NCBI GenBank assembly: GCA_963748465.1 | Contig: CAVVJB010000009.1 | Coordinates: forward strand, 224,713-288,712 | From: an uncultured Gammaproteobacteria bacterium | GTDB taxonomy: Bacteria; Pseudomonadota; Gammaproteobacteria; Steroidobacterales; Steroidobacteraceae | Length of the DNA stretch: 64,000 nucleotides | Direction: 5' to 3' | Shown: piece after piece, positions 8,906 to 19,255 of the stretch | How the letters are laid out: each line of letters opens with the position of its first letter | How positions within the stretch are numbered: the first letter of the stretch is position 1 | Program-made: the position numbers and the translations under genes | The notes under the pieces: generated by a model | Told to the model about the DNA's origin: nothing | Seen by the model: only the letters and a program-made list of their open reading frames with translations | The model's database searches: none

Positions 8906-10105
8906 ATGACCCGGCCCGCCATCCGCCTCGCGATACCGCTCCTGGCGGCGCTCATCGCCGCCTGCACGCCGTTCGAGTCGCTCTGGAAGAAGCCGAAGGG
9001 CGGCGACAAGCCCGCGGCCGAAGCGCCCGCGCCGCCGCCGCTCCCGCTCGCCGAGGCGACCCACCGCTTCCTGGTCAGGCCCGACCAGGACGTGGTCGGC
9101 AAGGTCCAGGTGACGGTGGCGAAGCACGAGGACACGTTCGCCGACATTGCCCGCCGCTTCAACGTCGGCTACACGGAGCTGGTGCGCGCCAATCCGCGCG
9201 TCGATCCGTGGCTGCCCGGCGAGGGCACGGCGATCGTGCTCCCCACCGAGTTCATCCTGCCGGACGCGCCGCGCGAGGGCCTGGTGCTGAACCTCGCGCA
9301 GATGCGGCTCTATTACTACCCGAAGCCCCAGAAGGATGCGCCGAAGGACGGCCCGGTCGAGGTGGTCACGCACCCGATCGGCATCGGCAAGGTCGGCTGG
9401 GCGACGCCCGAGGGCTCGACCAAGGTCGTCTCACACGTGAAGGACCCGACCTGGACGCCGCCCGTTTCCGTGCGCAAGGAGCACGCGAAGGACGGCGACA
9501 TCCTGCCGGCCACCGTGCCGCCGGGACCGGACAATCCGCTGGGCCGCCACATGATGCGGCTCGGCTGGCCGAGCTACCTGATTCACGGCACGAACAAGCC
9601 GCCTGCCGTCGGCATGCGCGCGAGCGCCGGCTGCGTGCGACTCTACCCCGAGGACATCGCGCTGATTTACGAGGCCGTGCCGGACGGAACCAAGGTCACG
9701 GTCGTGAACCAGCCGGTGCTGCTCGGCTGGCACGGCGACCGCCTGATGGTGCAGGCCTACGAACCCCTGGTCGATGACAAGCGCGACTGGTCCGACGTGC
9801 CGAAGGCGCTGCGCGCGAACCTGAAGAAGCCGAGAGCGCCGCTGTGGAAGAAAGTCGCGGAGCACGACGAGGCGATCGACTGGGACGCGGTGGCTGCCGC
9901 GGCGAAGGAACCGAGCGGGATCGCGTTCTCGGTCGGGCCGGGACCGGGCCGCGACCTTGCGGGAACCGTCGCGGCCGCCCCGAAGGTGCGAAACGCATTG
10001 CCGGTGGGCGCGACCTGGGACGGGGTCGAGGACCAATACGCCGGCGATCCGCGCTTCGCCAGGCCCGAAGGGGACGAGGCCGCGAAGGCGAGCTCGGGCA
10101 ACTGA
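8906..10105 (+). CDS. L,D-transpeptidase lipoprotein with LysM domain (YkuD/ErfK family)
   Basis: Lipobox LIAAC. LysM-like DTFADIARRFNVGYTELVRANP. Catalytic HGTNKPPAVGMRASAGCVRL. Confidence 0.85.
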   Translation: MTRPAIRLAIPLLAALIAACTPFESLWKKPKGGDKPAAEAPAPPPLPLAEATHRFLVRPDQDVVGKVQVTVAKHEDTFADIARRFNVGYTELVRANPRVDPWLPGEGTAIVLPTEFILPDAPREGLVLNLAQMRLYYYPKPQKDAPKDGPVEVVTHPIGIGKVGWATPEGSTKVVSHVKDPTWTPPVSVRKEHAKDGDILPATVPPGPDNPLGRHMMRLGWPSYLIHGTNKPPAVGMRASAGCVRLYPEDIALIYEAVPDGTKVTVVNQPVLLGWHGDRLMVQAYEPLVDDKRDWSDVPKALRANLKKPRAPLWKKVAEHDEAIDWDAVAAAAKEPSGIAFSVGPGPGRDLAGTVAAAPKVRNALPVGATWDGVEDQYAGDPRFARPEGDEAAKASSGN

Positions 10106-10120
10106 AGGCGCGCGTCCCCG

Positions 10121-11032
10121 TCAGTTCCGGAGCGCGCAGGCGATCGATCCGGCGACCACCATCAGCGCGCCGGCCACCGACAGCGCGTTGAGGCCTTCGG
10201 GCGGCACAATTCCGAGGCCCATCCACTCGACGAACCACATCGCGCCCAGCGTGAAGAGCGGCGCCGTTGCGATCACCGCGCTGACGCGCGCCACGTCCCA
10301 GTAGTAAAGCGCCTCGACGAAGGCGCCGTAGGCCGCGAGCGTGTTGGCGCAGCAGAAGGCGAACATGCCGAGCTGCAGGCCGCCGAGCGCGCCGATCCCG
10401 GCGGGCTTCGCCGCCGGCAACAGCAGCACGGTCGCGCCGACGTAGATCATGAACAGGACCTGCTGCGCCGAGAAGTGCCGCTGCAGCTGCTTCTGCGCGA
10501 GCCCGTAGATCGCCCAGGAAACGGCGGCGCCGACCGTGAGCGCGACGCCGAGCCCGAGTCCCTCGGCGGGGCGGAGCAGTTCCGGCAGCCGTGCGTTGAA
10601 GAACAGGACCAGGCCCGCGGCAAGGACGACGAAGCCGGCCCACTGCGCGCCGCCCAGCCTTTCGTGGAACACGAGCACGCCGCCCACCAGGAGCAGCAGG
10701 GGCGCGAGCTGGATCACGACCTGCGTGACCGAGGGCGTCACGTGGTCGAGCGCGACGAGATACAGGACGAAGTTCCCGATCAGGGTGAGGGTGGCCACCG
10801 CCACGAGCGCGATCGCCGCGCGTCCCGCGCCGCGGATCTTCGGCAGCGCGCCGCGCCATGCCAGGAACGCGCCGAGCCCCGCCATCGCGATCGCGAAGCG
10901 CCACCAAACGATGGTGTACGCGTCCATGGCCTCGAGCACGACCTTGAGCGCGATGGGCAGCAGTCCCCACAGCGCGGCCGTCGTGAGCGAGAGCGTGAAT
11001 CCGATCCGCCAGTTCGTGTAGCCGCCTGCCAT
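10121..11032 (-). CDS. EamA/DMT-family transporter
   Basis: 303 aa with about 10 TM segments in a two-EamA-repeat architecture. Confidence 0.8.
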   Translation of the reverse strand: MAGGYTNWRIGFTLSLTTAALWGLLPIALKVVLEAMDAYTIVWWRFAIAMAGLGAFLAWRGALPKIRGAGRAAIALVAVATLTLIGNFVLYLVALDHVTPSVTQVVIQLAPLLLLVGGVLVFHERLGGAQWAGFVVLAAGLVLFFNARLPELLRPAEGLGLGVALTVGAAVSWAIYGLAQKQLQRHFSAQQVLFMIYVGATVLLLPAAKPAGIGALGGLQLGMFAFCCANTLAAYGAFVEALYYWDVARVSAVIATAPLFTLGAMWFVEWMGLGIVPPEGLNALSVAGALMVVAGSIACALRN

Positions 11033-11074
11033 GCCCGTTCATGATAATCTGCGCGCGTGCTGGGGGAGTCAGCC

Positions 11075-12691
11075 GTGACGGAACGACTGGCCGGCATCAA
11101 GGTTCAAGAAGAAGCCGGCTTCGGGCAATCGATCGGGGAGGCGCCGACGGCCGTCACGGCCTTCGTCGGGCGCTGCCTGCGTGGTCCCGTCGACCGCCCC
11201 GTGCGCATCTCCGGCTTCAACGAATTCCAGCGGATCTTCGGCGGCCTGTGGCAGCCGTCCACGCTGTCCTACGCCGTCGAGCAATACTTCGAGAACGGCG
11301 GCCGCGCGGCGGTCATCGTGCGCGTCACCAACGGCGCGCGCTGCTGCACCATCCGGCTGGCTGCCGGGACCCAAGCGCTGGTGCTCGAGGCACTGGCGCC
11401 CGGCACGCGCGAGTTCCTGCGCGCCGCGGTCGACTACGACGGCATCGGCGACAACGACGAGGAAAGCTTCAACCTCGTGATCCAGCGCGTGCGCACTCCG
11501 GGTTCGGAACACATCGAGGACCAGGAGATCTACCGGCGCCTGTCCATCGCCCCGGACGCCCCGCGCTCGGTCGCGTCGATACTGGCGGAATCGGCCCTCG
11601 CGCGCGTCGCGGGTGACCTGCCGCGCGCGCGGCCCGACCCGACCCCGCGGCAGGATCCGCGCGGGCTCGCCGGTTACGTGCTTTCGGGCACGGATGCCGA
11701 CGACGGCGCCCCGCTCACGGATTACGACATCATCGGCTCGGCCGCTCGCGGGACCGGGCTGTTCGCGCTGGACGCGGGCGACGGATTCAATTTCCTGTGC
11801 ATCCCGCCGCTGGCGCGCGACGTGGACGCCGGCGCGAGCACGCTGCTCGTCGCCAACCGGTTCTGCCGCGAACGGCGCGCGATCCTGTTCGTGGACCCGC
11901 CGGTCGCCTGGGACAGCGCCACGAAGGCGCTCGCCGAGATGCGCCACTGGGCGCTCCCGTCGGATTCCGCGTGCATGTTCTTCCCGCGCCTGCTCGGCTA
12001 CGACAAGCTGCGCGGCCGCTTCGAGGCCTTCGCGCCGTCCGGAGCCGTTGCGGGCATGCTGTCGCGCGCTTCGGAACACTGGCCGGTCTGGACCAGCGCC
12101 GGCGAGGAAGCCATCCTGCGGCCGGGACTTCGTCCGGCGTGCGCAGTCGACGACGAACAGCGCAACCGCCTCGCAGCCGCCGGCGTCAATACCGTGCAGG
12201 CCGTGCGCCGGCCCGGGCGGGACGTGCCGCGCGCCTGCACGCTCGCCGGCCCGGGCGCTGTGGCCGCCGACTGGCGCTCGCTCGCGGCGAAGCGGCTGTC
12301 GCTCCTCGTCGTGAACAGCATTGAACGCGGCACGCGCTGGATGGTGTTCGAACCCAACGAGCCCTCGACCTGGCGGCGCGCGACGGCGCAGCTGCGCGAA
12401 TTCATGGCGACGCTGGAAGAGCGCGGCGCATTCGCGGAGCGCGGCCAGGGCGATCGCTGGTTCGTGGTCTGTGACGAGCGCGTGAACCGCGACCGCCAGC
12501 GCGAGCAGGGCATCGTGAACATCCTGGTCGGCATTCCGGCGCTGCGTCCGGGCCACTTCCATGCCTGGATCGTCAGCCATCGCGCGGGCGGCAGCCGCGT
12601 GCAGACCGTGAGCCCGAACCTCGCGGGCCTGCCCGACACCGGCCTCACGCAGGTGCTCGCCGAGCTCGAAGTTCCGCCTGACGTTTCCTAG
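11075..12691 (+). CDS. contractile phage-tail-sheath family protein (orphan)
   Basis: GTG at 11075 with GGGGGAG 6 nt upstream. N-terminus GIKVQEE..TAVTAFVG..GPVDRPVRISGFNEFQRIFGG..YAVEQYFENGGRAAVIVRV. Also GTGLFALD..FNFLCIPP, PSGAVAGM, and C-terminal FEPNEPSTWRRA..FM..L..RGAF. These are colinear with sheath proteins of phages, T6SS and eCIS. Confidence 0.75.
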   Translation: MTERLAGIKVQEEAGFGQSIGEAPTAVTAFVGRCLRGPVDRPVRISGFNEFQRIFGGLWQPSTLSYAVEQYFENGGRAAVIVRVTNGARCCTIRLAAGTQALVLEALAPGTREFLRAAVDYDGIGDNDEESFNLVIQRVRTPGSEHIEDQEIYRRLSIAPDAPRSVASILAESALARVAGDLPRARPDPTPRQDPRGLAGYVLSGTDADDGAPLTDYDIIGSAARGTGLFALDAGDGFNFLCIPPLARDVDAGASTLLVANRFCRERRAILFVDPPVAWDSATKALAEMRHWALPSDSACMFFPRLLGYDKLRGRFEAFAPSGAVAGMLSRASEHWPVWTSAGEEAILRPGLRPACAVDDEQRNRLAAAGVNTVQAVRRPGRDVPRACTLAGPGAVAADWRSLAAKRLSLLVVNSIERGTRWMVFEPNEPSTWRRATAQLREFMATLEERGAFAERGQGDRWFVVCDERVNRDRQREQGIVNILVGIPALRPGHFHAWIVSHRAGGSRVQTVSPNLAGLPDTGLTQVLAELEVPPDVS

Positions 12692-15600
12692 CCGAACCCC
12701 CCGCCGCCTGGCGTCTCGATCCGGATCGCATCGCCCGCGCCGACGGCCGCTGCCGCGCAGGCCGGCAGCTCCTTCGTCGCGCCGTCCGCGCGCAGGATCC
12801 GGTTGACGCCAGTCGCGCCCGGCGCGCCACCGGCGAGGCCGAACGGCGCGATGCGCCGGTGATTCGAGAGCACTGCGACCGTCATCGGCGCGCGGAATTC
12901 GATCACGCGCACGAGGCCGTCTCCGCCGCGGTTTCGCCCGCGGCCACCGGAGCCGGGCCGGTAGCGGAATTCACGCACCAGCACCGGATGCCGGCTTTCC
13001 AGCACCTCCGGGTCCGTGAGGCGCGAGTTCGTCATGTGCGTCTGCACTCCCGAGGCGCCGTCGAAGCCGGGACCTGCGCCCGCACCGCCCGCGATCGTCT
13101 CGTAGTACTGGTGTCCGGCGTCGCCGAACGTCAGGTTGTTCATGGTGCCCTGTGAGGCCGCGAGCACGCCGAGCGCGCCGAACAGCGCGTCCACGATGCA
13201 TTGGGACGTCTCCACGTTGCCGGCGACCACGGCGGCGGGCGGCACGGGGTTGACCATCGAGCCGCGACCTGCACGGATCGAGAGCGGGCGCAGGCAGCCC
13301 TCGTTCAGCGGGAATTCGGCGTCGACCAGCGTGCGGAAGACGTACAGCACGGCCGCGGTGCAGACCGCGAGCGGTGCGTTGAAGTTTCCCGGCTGCTGCA
13401 GCGACGTGCCCGCGAAGTCGACGGTGGCGCTCCTCGATGCGCGATCGACTTGCACGCGGACCTCGACCGCGCTGCCGTCATCCATCTCGTAGCGCAGGTG
13501 GCCGTCGCCAAGCCGGCCGATGACCTCGCGCACGCAGGCCTCGGCGTTGTCCTGGACGTGCGCCATGTAGCCCACGACCGTGGCCTGGCCCGCGCGATCG
13601 ACCAGAGCCTGGAGTTCGGCTGCGCCGCGCGCGTTCGCGGCGAGCTGCGCCTTGAGGTCGGCGACGTTCTGGTCGGGATTCCGCGCCGGCCACGGCCCTT
13701 CGGCGAGGCCCTCGCGCAGCGCCTCTTCCCGGATCGCGCCGCCGTCCACCAGCAGGAAATTGTCGAACACGACGCCTTCCTCGCCGATCGTGCGCGAGGC
13801 GGGCGGCATCGATCCCGGCGTGATGCCGCCGATGTCGGCATGGTGCGCGCGCGAGGCGACGAAGAACGCCGGCTCCCGGCCCGCGCCCGTGAAGACGGGG
13901 CTCACCACGGTGATGTCCGGCAGGTGCGTGCCGCCAGCATAAGGTGCGTTCAGCATCCAGGCGCGGCCGGGCCGGAGTTCCCCCGCGTTGGCCGCGATGA
14001 CGGCACGCACGCTCGCGCCCATCGAGCCGAGGTGCACCGGCATGTGCGGCGCATTCGCGATGAGCGCTCCGGTGGCGTCGAAGAGTGCGCACGAGAAATC
14101 GAGCCGCTCGCGGATGTTGACCGAGACGGCCGTCGCCTGCAGCACCGCCCCCATCTGCTCGGCCACCTGCATGAACCGGTGGTTGAAGAGCTCGAGTTGC
14201 GCGGGATCGGCGCGCCCCGCGTCGACGGCCTTCGCCCGCCGCGGTTCGTGGCGCGCGAGCCGGAGCATGCCGTCGGCCAGGCATTCGACGGACCATCCGG
14301 GCTCGATGACGGTCGTCGAATTGGGCTCCACCACGAGCGCGGGGCCCGCGAGCGGTCCCCGGCCAATAAGGGAGGCGCGCTCGACCAGGGGCACTTCGCG
14401 CCAGCCGTCGAACCAGGCCTCGACCCGGCGGCCCGCGCTTCCCCGCGGGCCCGAAACCGCCGCGTGCGCCTCGCGCTCGCCGGCGACGATGGCCTCGACC
14501 GCCAGCGTCGCGACGCGCGGGGCGGCTTCCGGCGGCGCGAACCCGAAGCGACGCGCGAACACGGCGCGGAACTCGCGCAGCACGTCCGCGAGCGGCGCAT
14601 GCGCGACGTCGAGCGCGGTTTCCGTGCCGGGTGCGCGCAACTCGAGCGTGCGCCGCAGCCGGACCTCGCGCGGATCCGCCCCCTGGGCCGCCATGGCCGC
14701 GCGCAGCGGCTCGGCAATCGCCGCGAACGCGGCGTCGAGTTCCGCGTGCAGGCCGGGCGTCAGCGCGCGCTCGAGGCTCTGCCGGCGCACCAGCCGGCGG
14801 TCGGCGAGCCCGATGCCGAATGCAGAGAGCACGCCGGCGAGCGGGTGGATCAGGATCTCGCGGATGCCGAGCGAGTCGGCGACGCGGCAGGCGTGCTGCG
14901 GCGCCGCGCCGCCGTAGCACAGCAGGGCGAACTCGGCCGGGTCATGGCCCTCGCGGACCGACACGTGGCGGATCGCGCGCGCCATCGATTCGACCGCGAC
15001 GTCGAGGAATCCCGCGGCAATCCGCTCGATGCCGTCCTGCGCCGTCTCGCCCATGGACCGCGCGAGCGCCTCGAATTTCCGGCGCACGATGCCGGCGTCG
15101 AGCGGTTCGTCGCCACGCGCGCCGAAGATCGCGGGGAACGCTTCCGGGCGGATCCGCCCGAGCAGCACCTGCACGTCCGTGACGGTGAGCGGGCCGCCGT
15201 TGCGATAGCAGGCGGGGCCTGGTTGCGAGCCCGCGGAACCCGGGCCGACCGTGAGCCGCCCGCCGGCAAACGCGAGCATCGAGCCTCCGCCGGCCGCGAC
15301 CGTGTGGATGTTCATCATCGGCGCCTGCAGCCGGACTCCGGCGACGACGGTCTCGAATCGCTGGGGCAGGGCGCCGTCGTAGAGGGCGACATCCGTGGAC
15401 GTGCCGCCCATGTCGAAGGCGATCAGGCGCGGCCGGCCGCTTGCTTCGGCGATCCGCTCCGTCGCGACCAGGCCGCCGGCAGGTCCCGACAGCACCGCGT
15501 TGCAGGCGCGGAACGCCTCGGGCGCCGCCAGGCCGCCGTTGCTCTGCATGAATTCCAGGCGCGCGCCGGCATGCCGCCCGCCGAGGCCTGCGCGGAACGC

Positions 15601-16266
15601 GCGCACATAGCGCGCCAGGAGCGGCGAGAGATAGGCGTCCACTACCGTCGTGTCGCCGCGGCTGACGAGACGGATCAGCGGCGAGACTTCGTGCGAGGCG
15701 ACCACCTCCCGGAACCCGGCCACCCTCGCGAGCGCCGCCGCGCGGCCCTCGTGGGCGGTATGCCGGTAGCCGTGCATGAAGACGATCGCAACGCTCTCGA
15801 TGCCCCCTTCCCTGATGCGCGCCAGGTCGGCTGCGAGCCGCGTCTCGTCGAGCGCCTGGAGCACCTCGCCGTCCGGCGCCACGCGTTCGGCGGCTTCGAC
15901 GACGACCGCATAGATCGGTGCGGGAAGCTCGATGCGAAGGTCGAAGAGTCGCGGCCGGTTCTGGTAACCGATCGCGAGCGCGTCACCGAAGCCCGCGGTC
16001 GTGACCAGGGCGGTCGGCACGCCGCGGCGTTCGAGCAGCGCATTGGTCGCCACCGTCGTGCCGATGCGGATCGACTCGATGCGCGACTCGCCGCCGCCGT
16101 CACGCGCGAGCAGTTCGAGGATGCCGGTGACGCCCGGGTCGGTCGTGCCGCCGCTTTCCGACAGGCGCTTGGCCACGTGCAGGCGGCCGTCGGGCGCGCG
16201 GCCGATGATGTCCGTGAACGTGCCGCCCCGGTCGATCCAGAACTGCCAGCCGGCTGTGCCTGCCAT
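12688..16266 (-). CDS. fused hydantoinase A/B family protein (ATP-dependent 5-oxoprolinase-like)
   Basis: 1192 aa from [22 protein letters not shown], the N-terminal hydantoinase signature. This is the lower part of the 1791-aa track ORF, whose upstream remainder is Arg-rich junk. Confidence 0.85.
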   Translation of the reverse strand: MAGTAGWQFWIDRGGTFTDIIGRAPDGRLHVAKRLSESGGTTDPGVTGILELLARDGGGESRIESIRIGTTVATNALLERRGVPTALVTTAGFGDALAIGYQNRPRLFDLRIELPAPIYAVVVEAAERVAPDGEVLQALDETRLAADLARIREGGIESVAIVFMHGYRHTAHEGRAAALARVAGFREVVASHEVSPLIRLVSRGDTTVVDAYLSPLLARYVRAFRAGLGGRHAGARLEFMQSNGGLAAPEAFRACNAVLSGPAGGLVATERIAEASGRPRLIAFDMGGTSTDVALYDGALPQRFETVVAGVRLQAPMMNIHTVAAGGGSMLAFAGGRLTVGPGSAGSQPGPACYRNGGPLTVTDVQVLLGRIRPEAFPAIFGARGDEPLDAGIVRRKFEALARSMGETAQDGIERIAAGFLDVAVESMARAIRHVSVREGHDPAEFALLCYGGAAPQHACRVADSLGIREILIHPLAGVLSAFGIGLADRRLVRRQSLERALTPGLHAELDAAFAAIAEPLRAAMAAQGADPREVRLRRTLELRAPGTETALDVAHAPLADVLREFRAVFARRFGFAPPEAAPRVATLAVEAIVAGEREAHAAVSGPRGSAGRRVEAWFDGWREVPLVERASLIGRGPLAGPALVVEPNSTTVIEPGWSVECLADGMLRLARHEPRRAKAVDAGRADPAQLELFNHRFMQVAEQMGAVLQATAVSVNIRERLDFSCALFDATGALIANAPHMPVHLGSMGASVRAVIAANAGELRPGRAWMLNAPYAGGTHLPDITVVSPVFTGAGREPAFFVASRAHHADIGGITPGSMPPASRTIGEEGVVFDNFLLVDGGAIREEALREGLAEGPWPARNPDQNVADLKAQLAANARGAAELQALVDRAGQATVVGYMAHVQDNAEACVREVIGRLGDGHLRYEMDDGSAVEVRVQVDRASRSATVDFAGTSLQQPGNFNAPLAVCTAAVLYVFRTLVDAEFPLNEGCLRPLSIRAGRGSMVNPVPPAAVVAGNVETSQCIVDALFGALGVLAASQGTMNNLTFGDAGHQYYETIAGGAGAGPGFDGASGVQTHMTNSRLTDPEVLESRHPVLVREFRYRPGSGGRGRNRGGDGLVRVIEFRAPMTVAVLSNHRRIAPFGLAGGAPGATGVNRILRADGATKELPACAAAAVGAGDAIRIETPGGGGFG

Positions 16267-16271
16267 GCGGC

Positions 16272-17990
16272 TCAGGATAGCGTGCCGGGGGCGTAAACCT
16301 TCGCGAGTCGTTCGAGTGCGCCGGCTTCCAGCCGCCGGCAGGCATCGCGGTAGCCGATCTCGACGGCGCGCTCGAATCCCTTCCAGTCGAGGAGCTCCAC
16401 CGACTCGAGCGCCGGTGTGATGAGCAGGTCGCTCTGCAGGCGGCGCTCGAGCGTCGCGGTCGTGCTGTTCACCATGCCCGCACGCCAGAGGATCTGCAGG
16501 ATGTTGGGACGCCGGCGCGGGCCGCGGCCGCCGAACAGCGACCATACCGAGGGTGTCTCGGTCGCCTCGACGTCCGTCGTGAACGCGCGGTCGGTGCCGC
16601 AGTCGACGCCGATGACCGGTCCGCGCCCTTTGGCGCGCATCACGTCCACGGGCAGGTTGTTCATCGCGCCGCCGTCGACGAACACCTCGCCGCCCTGGAA
16701 CACGGGCGGCAGGACGCCGGGGATCGCCACCGAGGCCCGCAGCCATCGCCACAGCGGTCCTTCCTGGTGCACGGCGATGCGGCCGGTCGTCAGGTTCGAT
16801 GAAACGCAGAAGAACGGCAGGGGCAGGTCCGCGATGTCGATGTCGCCGAGCTCCTGGCGCAGCAGCATTCCAACCTTGCGTCCCGATACCAGCGAGACCA
16901 GCGGCAGCGTGAAGTCCGACAGGGGGTTGGTTTCCACGAAGCTGCGCTTGAAGCGCAACCGGAGCTCCGCGTCGTCCCAGTCCGCGGCGACGCCCGCGGC
17001 GAGGATCGCACCCATGCTGCTGCCGCCGACGATGTCGATCGGCACGCCGTGCTCCCGGAGCGCGCGAACCACGCCGAGATGCGCGAAGCCGCGCGCGCCG
17101 CCCCCGGACAGGACGAGGCCGACGGCACGGCCCGTCAGCATGCGCACCAGCCTGCCGTAATCGGCCGCGCTGCGCAGGTGGTGATGCGCCATGCCGGGGA
17201 ATGCCGCGCACCAGCGCGGGGCCGCGCCCTGCGCGAACGCGCCCTCGTGCAGGAGCAGGAGCTCGCCGCGGCGCATCCCGCCGTCCAGCCAGCCGTGTCC
17301 GCCCCTTTCGGGGACGCTCCCGCCTGCGCGCGCCGCCAACAGGACGACGTCCGCCTGCCTGAGGCACAGGCGGGTCCAGGCCGTGTCGCCGGGATCGGCC
17401 GTGTACACGACGAAGTCGTTGCGCGTTTCGCGCTCGTGGAACCACTGCGGGCTGTGGCTGCCCGCGCGCTGGCGCCCGACGAGGTCGGCGCGGCCGAACC
17501 GGGACAGCGCATCGACCAGCCTGCCGGCGTGCTGGGCCAGGTCCACGGACTCGTCGAGCGGAACCAGCGCGAGCGTGCGCGGCGTCATGACGCGCTGCCG
17601 GTCGGCGTCGCGGTCGTCGATCCGCGACACCGTCAGCCGTGCGAGCCGGAGGATCGCCTGCGGGTGGCCGAGGAGAACGCGTTCGAACGTTCCGGCCGAA
17701 AGCATCGCGAGTTCCGAGTCGCGCAAGGCCCGCACGGTCGCCCGGCGCGGGCGCGAGACGATGAGTCCCATCTCGCCGACCGTTTCGCCGGCCGCGATGC
17801 GCCCGACCAGCTCGCCGCCCGGCCCGTAAACGCCGAGGCAGCCGCTCACGACGAAGTAGACCGCGTCGGCCGGGCTTCCGGCCTCGAACAGCAGGCCGCC
17901 GCCCGGCAGGGACATCCACTCGAGTTCGCTGACGGTCTCGTCGACGACGTGCCGGGGAAGGCCGGAGAACAATGGCAGCGCCGCGAGCAT
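16272..17990 (-). CDS. cyclic-nucleotide-binding domain plus patatin-like phospholipase (NTE-like)
   Basis: N-terminal cNMP-binding fold (LPLFSGLP..GETVGEMGLI). Patatin motifs LSGGGARGFAHLGV and GGSSMG. Start chosen at MLAALPLF; upstream in-frame ATGs lie at 18095 and 18149. Confidence 0.8.
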   Translation of the reverse strand: MLAALPLFSGLPRHVVDETVSELEWMSLPGGGLLFEAGSPADAVYFVVSGCLGVYGPGGELVGRIAAGETVGEMGLIVSRPRRATVRALRDSELAMLSAGTFERVLLGHPQAILRLARLTVSRIDDRDADRQRVMTPRTLALVPLDESVDLAQHAGRLVDALSRFGRADLVGRQRAGSHSPQWFHERETRNDFVVYTADPGDTAWTRLCLRQADVVLLAARAGGSVPERGGHGWLDGGMRRGELLLLHEGAFAQGAAPRWCAAFPGMAHHHLRSAADYGRLVRMLTGRAVGLVLSGGGARGFAHLGVVRALREHGVPIDIVGGSSMGAILAAGVAADWDDAELRLRFKRSFVETNPLSDFTLPLVSLVSGRKVGMLLRQELGDIDIADLPLPFFCVSSNLTTGRIAVHQEGPLWRWLRASVAIPGVLPPVFQGGEVFVDGGAMNNLPVDVMRAKGRGPVIGVDCGTDRAFTTDVEATETPSVWSLFGGRGPRRRPNILQILWRAGMVNSTTATLERRLQSDLLITPALESVELLDWKGFERAVEIGYRDACRRLEAGALERLAKVYAPGTLS

Positions 17991-18093
17991 CGCCCAGGGA
18001 TTGGCCCGCGGGTCGATCTGGGTCCGGTCTTCCTCGGCGTCCACGGCAGCGCGACGATAGCACGCAGCGCCGCCGCGGCTAGAATCGCCGTTC

Positions 18094-18444
18094 ATGACTG
18101 TGACGGACCGCAAGCTGCTCGAACGCATCTGGAAGGCGGTCGCGGACATTCCCCGCGGGGAAGTCGCGAGCTACGGCGGCATCGCACGGCGCGCGGGCGC
18201 TCCGCGCCGCGCGCGCCTCGTCGGTCACGCGCTCAAGGTCGCGCCCGCATCGCTCGAACTGCCCTGGCATCGCGTGTTGAACGCGCAGGGCCGGATCAGC
18301 CTGCCTGCCGGCTCGAAGGCGCATCGCATGCAGCGCCGCCTGCTCGAGGAGGAGGGCGTGGTGTTCAGGAACGGCCGGGCGGACATGGCGCGCTCCCGGG
18401 GGCTCGACCTCGATGCGCTGCTGTGGAAGCCGCGCCGGGGCTGA
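18094..18444 (+). CDS. alkyltransferase-like (ATL/YbaZ) DNA-binding protein
   Basis: 116 aa with an MGMT-type DNA-binding domain. PWHRV replaces the PCHRV active site, so it is likely non-catalytic ATL. Confidence 0.8.
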   Translation: MTVTDRKLLERIWKAVADIPRGEVASYGGIARRAGAPRRARLVGHALKVAPASLELPWHRVLNAQGRISLPAGSKAHRMQRRLLEEEGVVFRNGRADMARSRGLDLDALLWKPRRG

Positions 18445-18476
18445 TACCATCGACGCGTCCTTCAATGGAGCGGTGC

Positions 18477-18995
18477 ATGGCGAGTCGTCACGTCGTTTTC
18501 TCGCACGGTCAGGAAAGCGGCCCGTGGGGAACCAAGATCTCCGCGATGGCGGAAGTCGCGAAGAGCGAAGGGTGGAACGTCGACTCGGTCGACTACCGGG
18601 GCGTCAACGACGCGCGCGACCGCGTGACGCGGCTGCTCAGTTTCTGCCGCGACCTGCGCGGCGACCTCGTGCTGGTCGGCTCGAGCATGGGCGGTTACGT
18701 CGCGACTTCGGCGTCGGCGTTGCTGCATGCGCGGGGACTGTTCCTGCTCGCGCCCGCGTTCTACATGCCGGGCATGGAACAGCTGACCGCGAAGCCGGCC
18801 CCCTGCCCGAAGACGATCGTGCACGGCTGGAAGGACGACGTCGTGCCGGTCGAGAACAGCATGAAGTTCGCGCGCGAGCATTCGGCGACGCTGCACATCC
18901 TCGACTCGGACCATCGGCTGCACAGCGATATTTCGCTGGTCAACTACGTGTTCGAATACTTCCTCGTCGCGCTCGATCTCCCGAAACGCCGCTGA
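18477..18995 (+). CDS. small alpha/beta hydrolase (YqiA/UPF0227-like esterase)
   Basis: 172 aa from MASRHVVFSHGQESGP with nucleophile elbow GSSMGG. This is the last part of the 648-aa track ORF. Confidence 0.6.
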   Translation: MASRHVVFSHGQESGPWGTKISAMAEVAKSEGWNVDSVDYRGVNDARDRVTRLLSFCRDLRGDLVLVGSSMGGYVATSASALLHARGLFLLAPAFYMPGMEQLTAKPAPCPKTIVHGWKDDVVPVENSMKFAREHSATLHILDSDHRLHSDISLVNYVFEYFLVALDLPKRR

Positions 18996-19255
18996 CCCAC
19001 GCCCTGCCACTCGGCGCTTGTCGCGCTGGCTCCGCCTTCGCGCCGGGCGGGTTGGCTCGCTCGTTCCGCCGGAACTTTAGTCACTCGCTCGCCACCCGCC
19101 CGGCGCTCGGCGTGCGCCAGCGCGACGCGCGACGTGTTGCGGCCGGCGCGGACAAGCGGCGGGCGGGTCCCCGAGCGCCGCGCAGTTCGCCCTCGACCGA
19201 AGCATGTCGTGGATAAGCGTTAGACTTGCCGGAATGCCGAATGGGAGGTGCAGCG

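Noticed and set aside
11075-12691. The sheath gene as evidence of a prophage or genomic island
   Set aside because: No integrase, tRNA attachment site, tube, baseplate, tape-measure, capsid or terminase genes lie within at least 10 kb on either side, and the flanks are ordinary chromosomal genes. It is kept only as an orphan-gene observation.
16272-17990. The patatin phospholipase as a CBASS-type (CapV-like) defence effector
   Set aside because: No cyclic-oligonucleotide synthase or other defence gene is adjacent. The N-terminal sensor is a classical cNMP-binding domain, and the layout matches housekeeping NTE-like enzymes.
12688-18063. Giant 1791-aa ORF on the minus strand
   Set aside because: Only the last 1192 codons (from [13 protein letters not shown] at 16266) look like a real protein of the hydantoinase/oxoprolinase type. 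The upstream 600 codons are Arg/Pro/Gly-rich out-of-frame shadow overlapping the genuine patatin gene, which lies in another frame.
18093-18096. TCATGA where a minus-strand ATG (patatin ORF) and the plus-strand atl ATG overlap
   Set aside because: This would leave no room for either promoter. The patatin domain architecture starts naturally at the downstream Met (17990), leaving a normal 103-nt divergent spacer.
17049-18995. 648-aa plus-strand ORF
   Set aside because: Only the terminal 172 codons (from MASRHVVFSHGQESGP at 18477) form a plausible alpha/beta hydrolase. The rest overlaps the patatin gene in antisense, and the atl gene in another frame.
18996-19255. 260-nt spacer upstream of the small lipoprotein/plsB genes with loosely repeated CTCGCTCG motifs
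   Set aside because: The repeats are short and imperfect. I could identify no hairpin, terminator or known motif, so there is not enough to support a feature.
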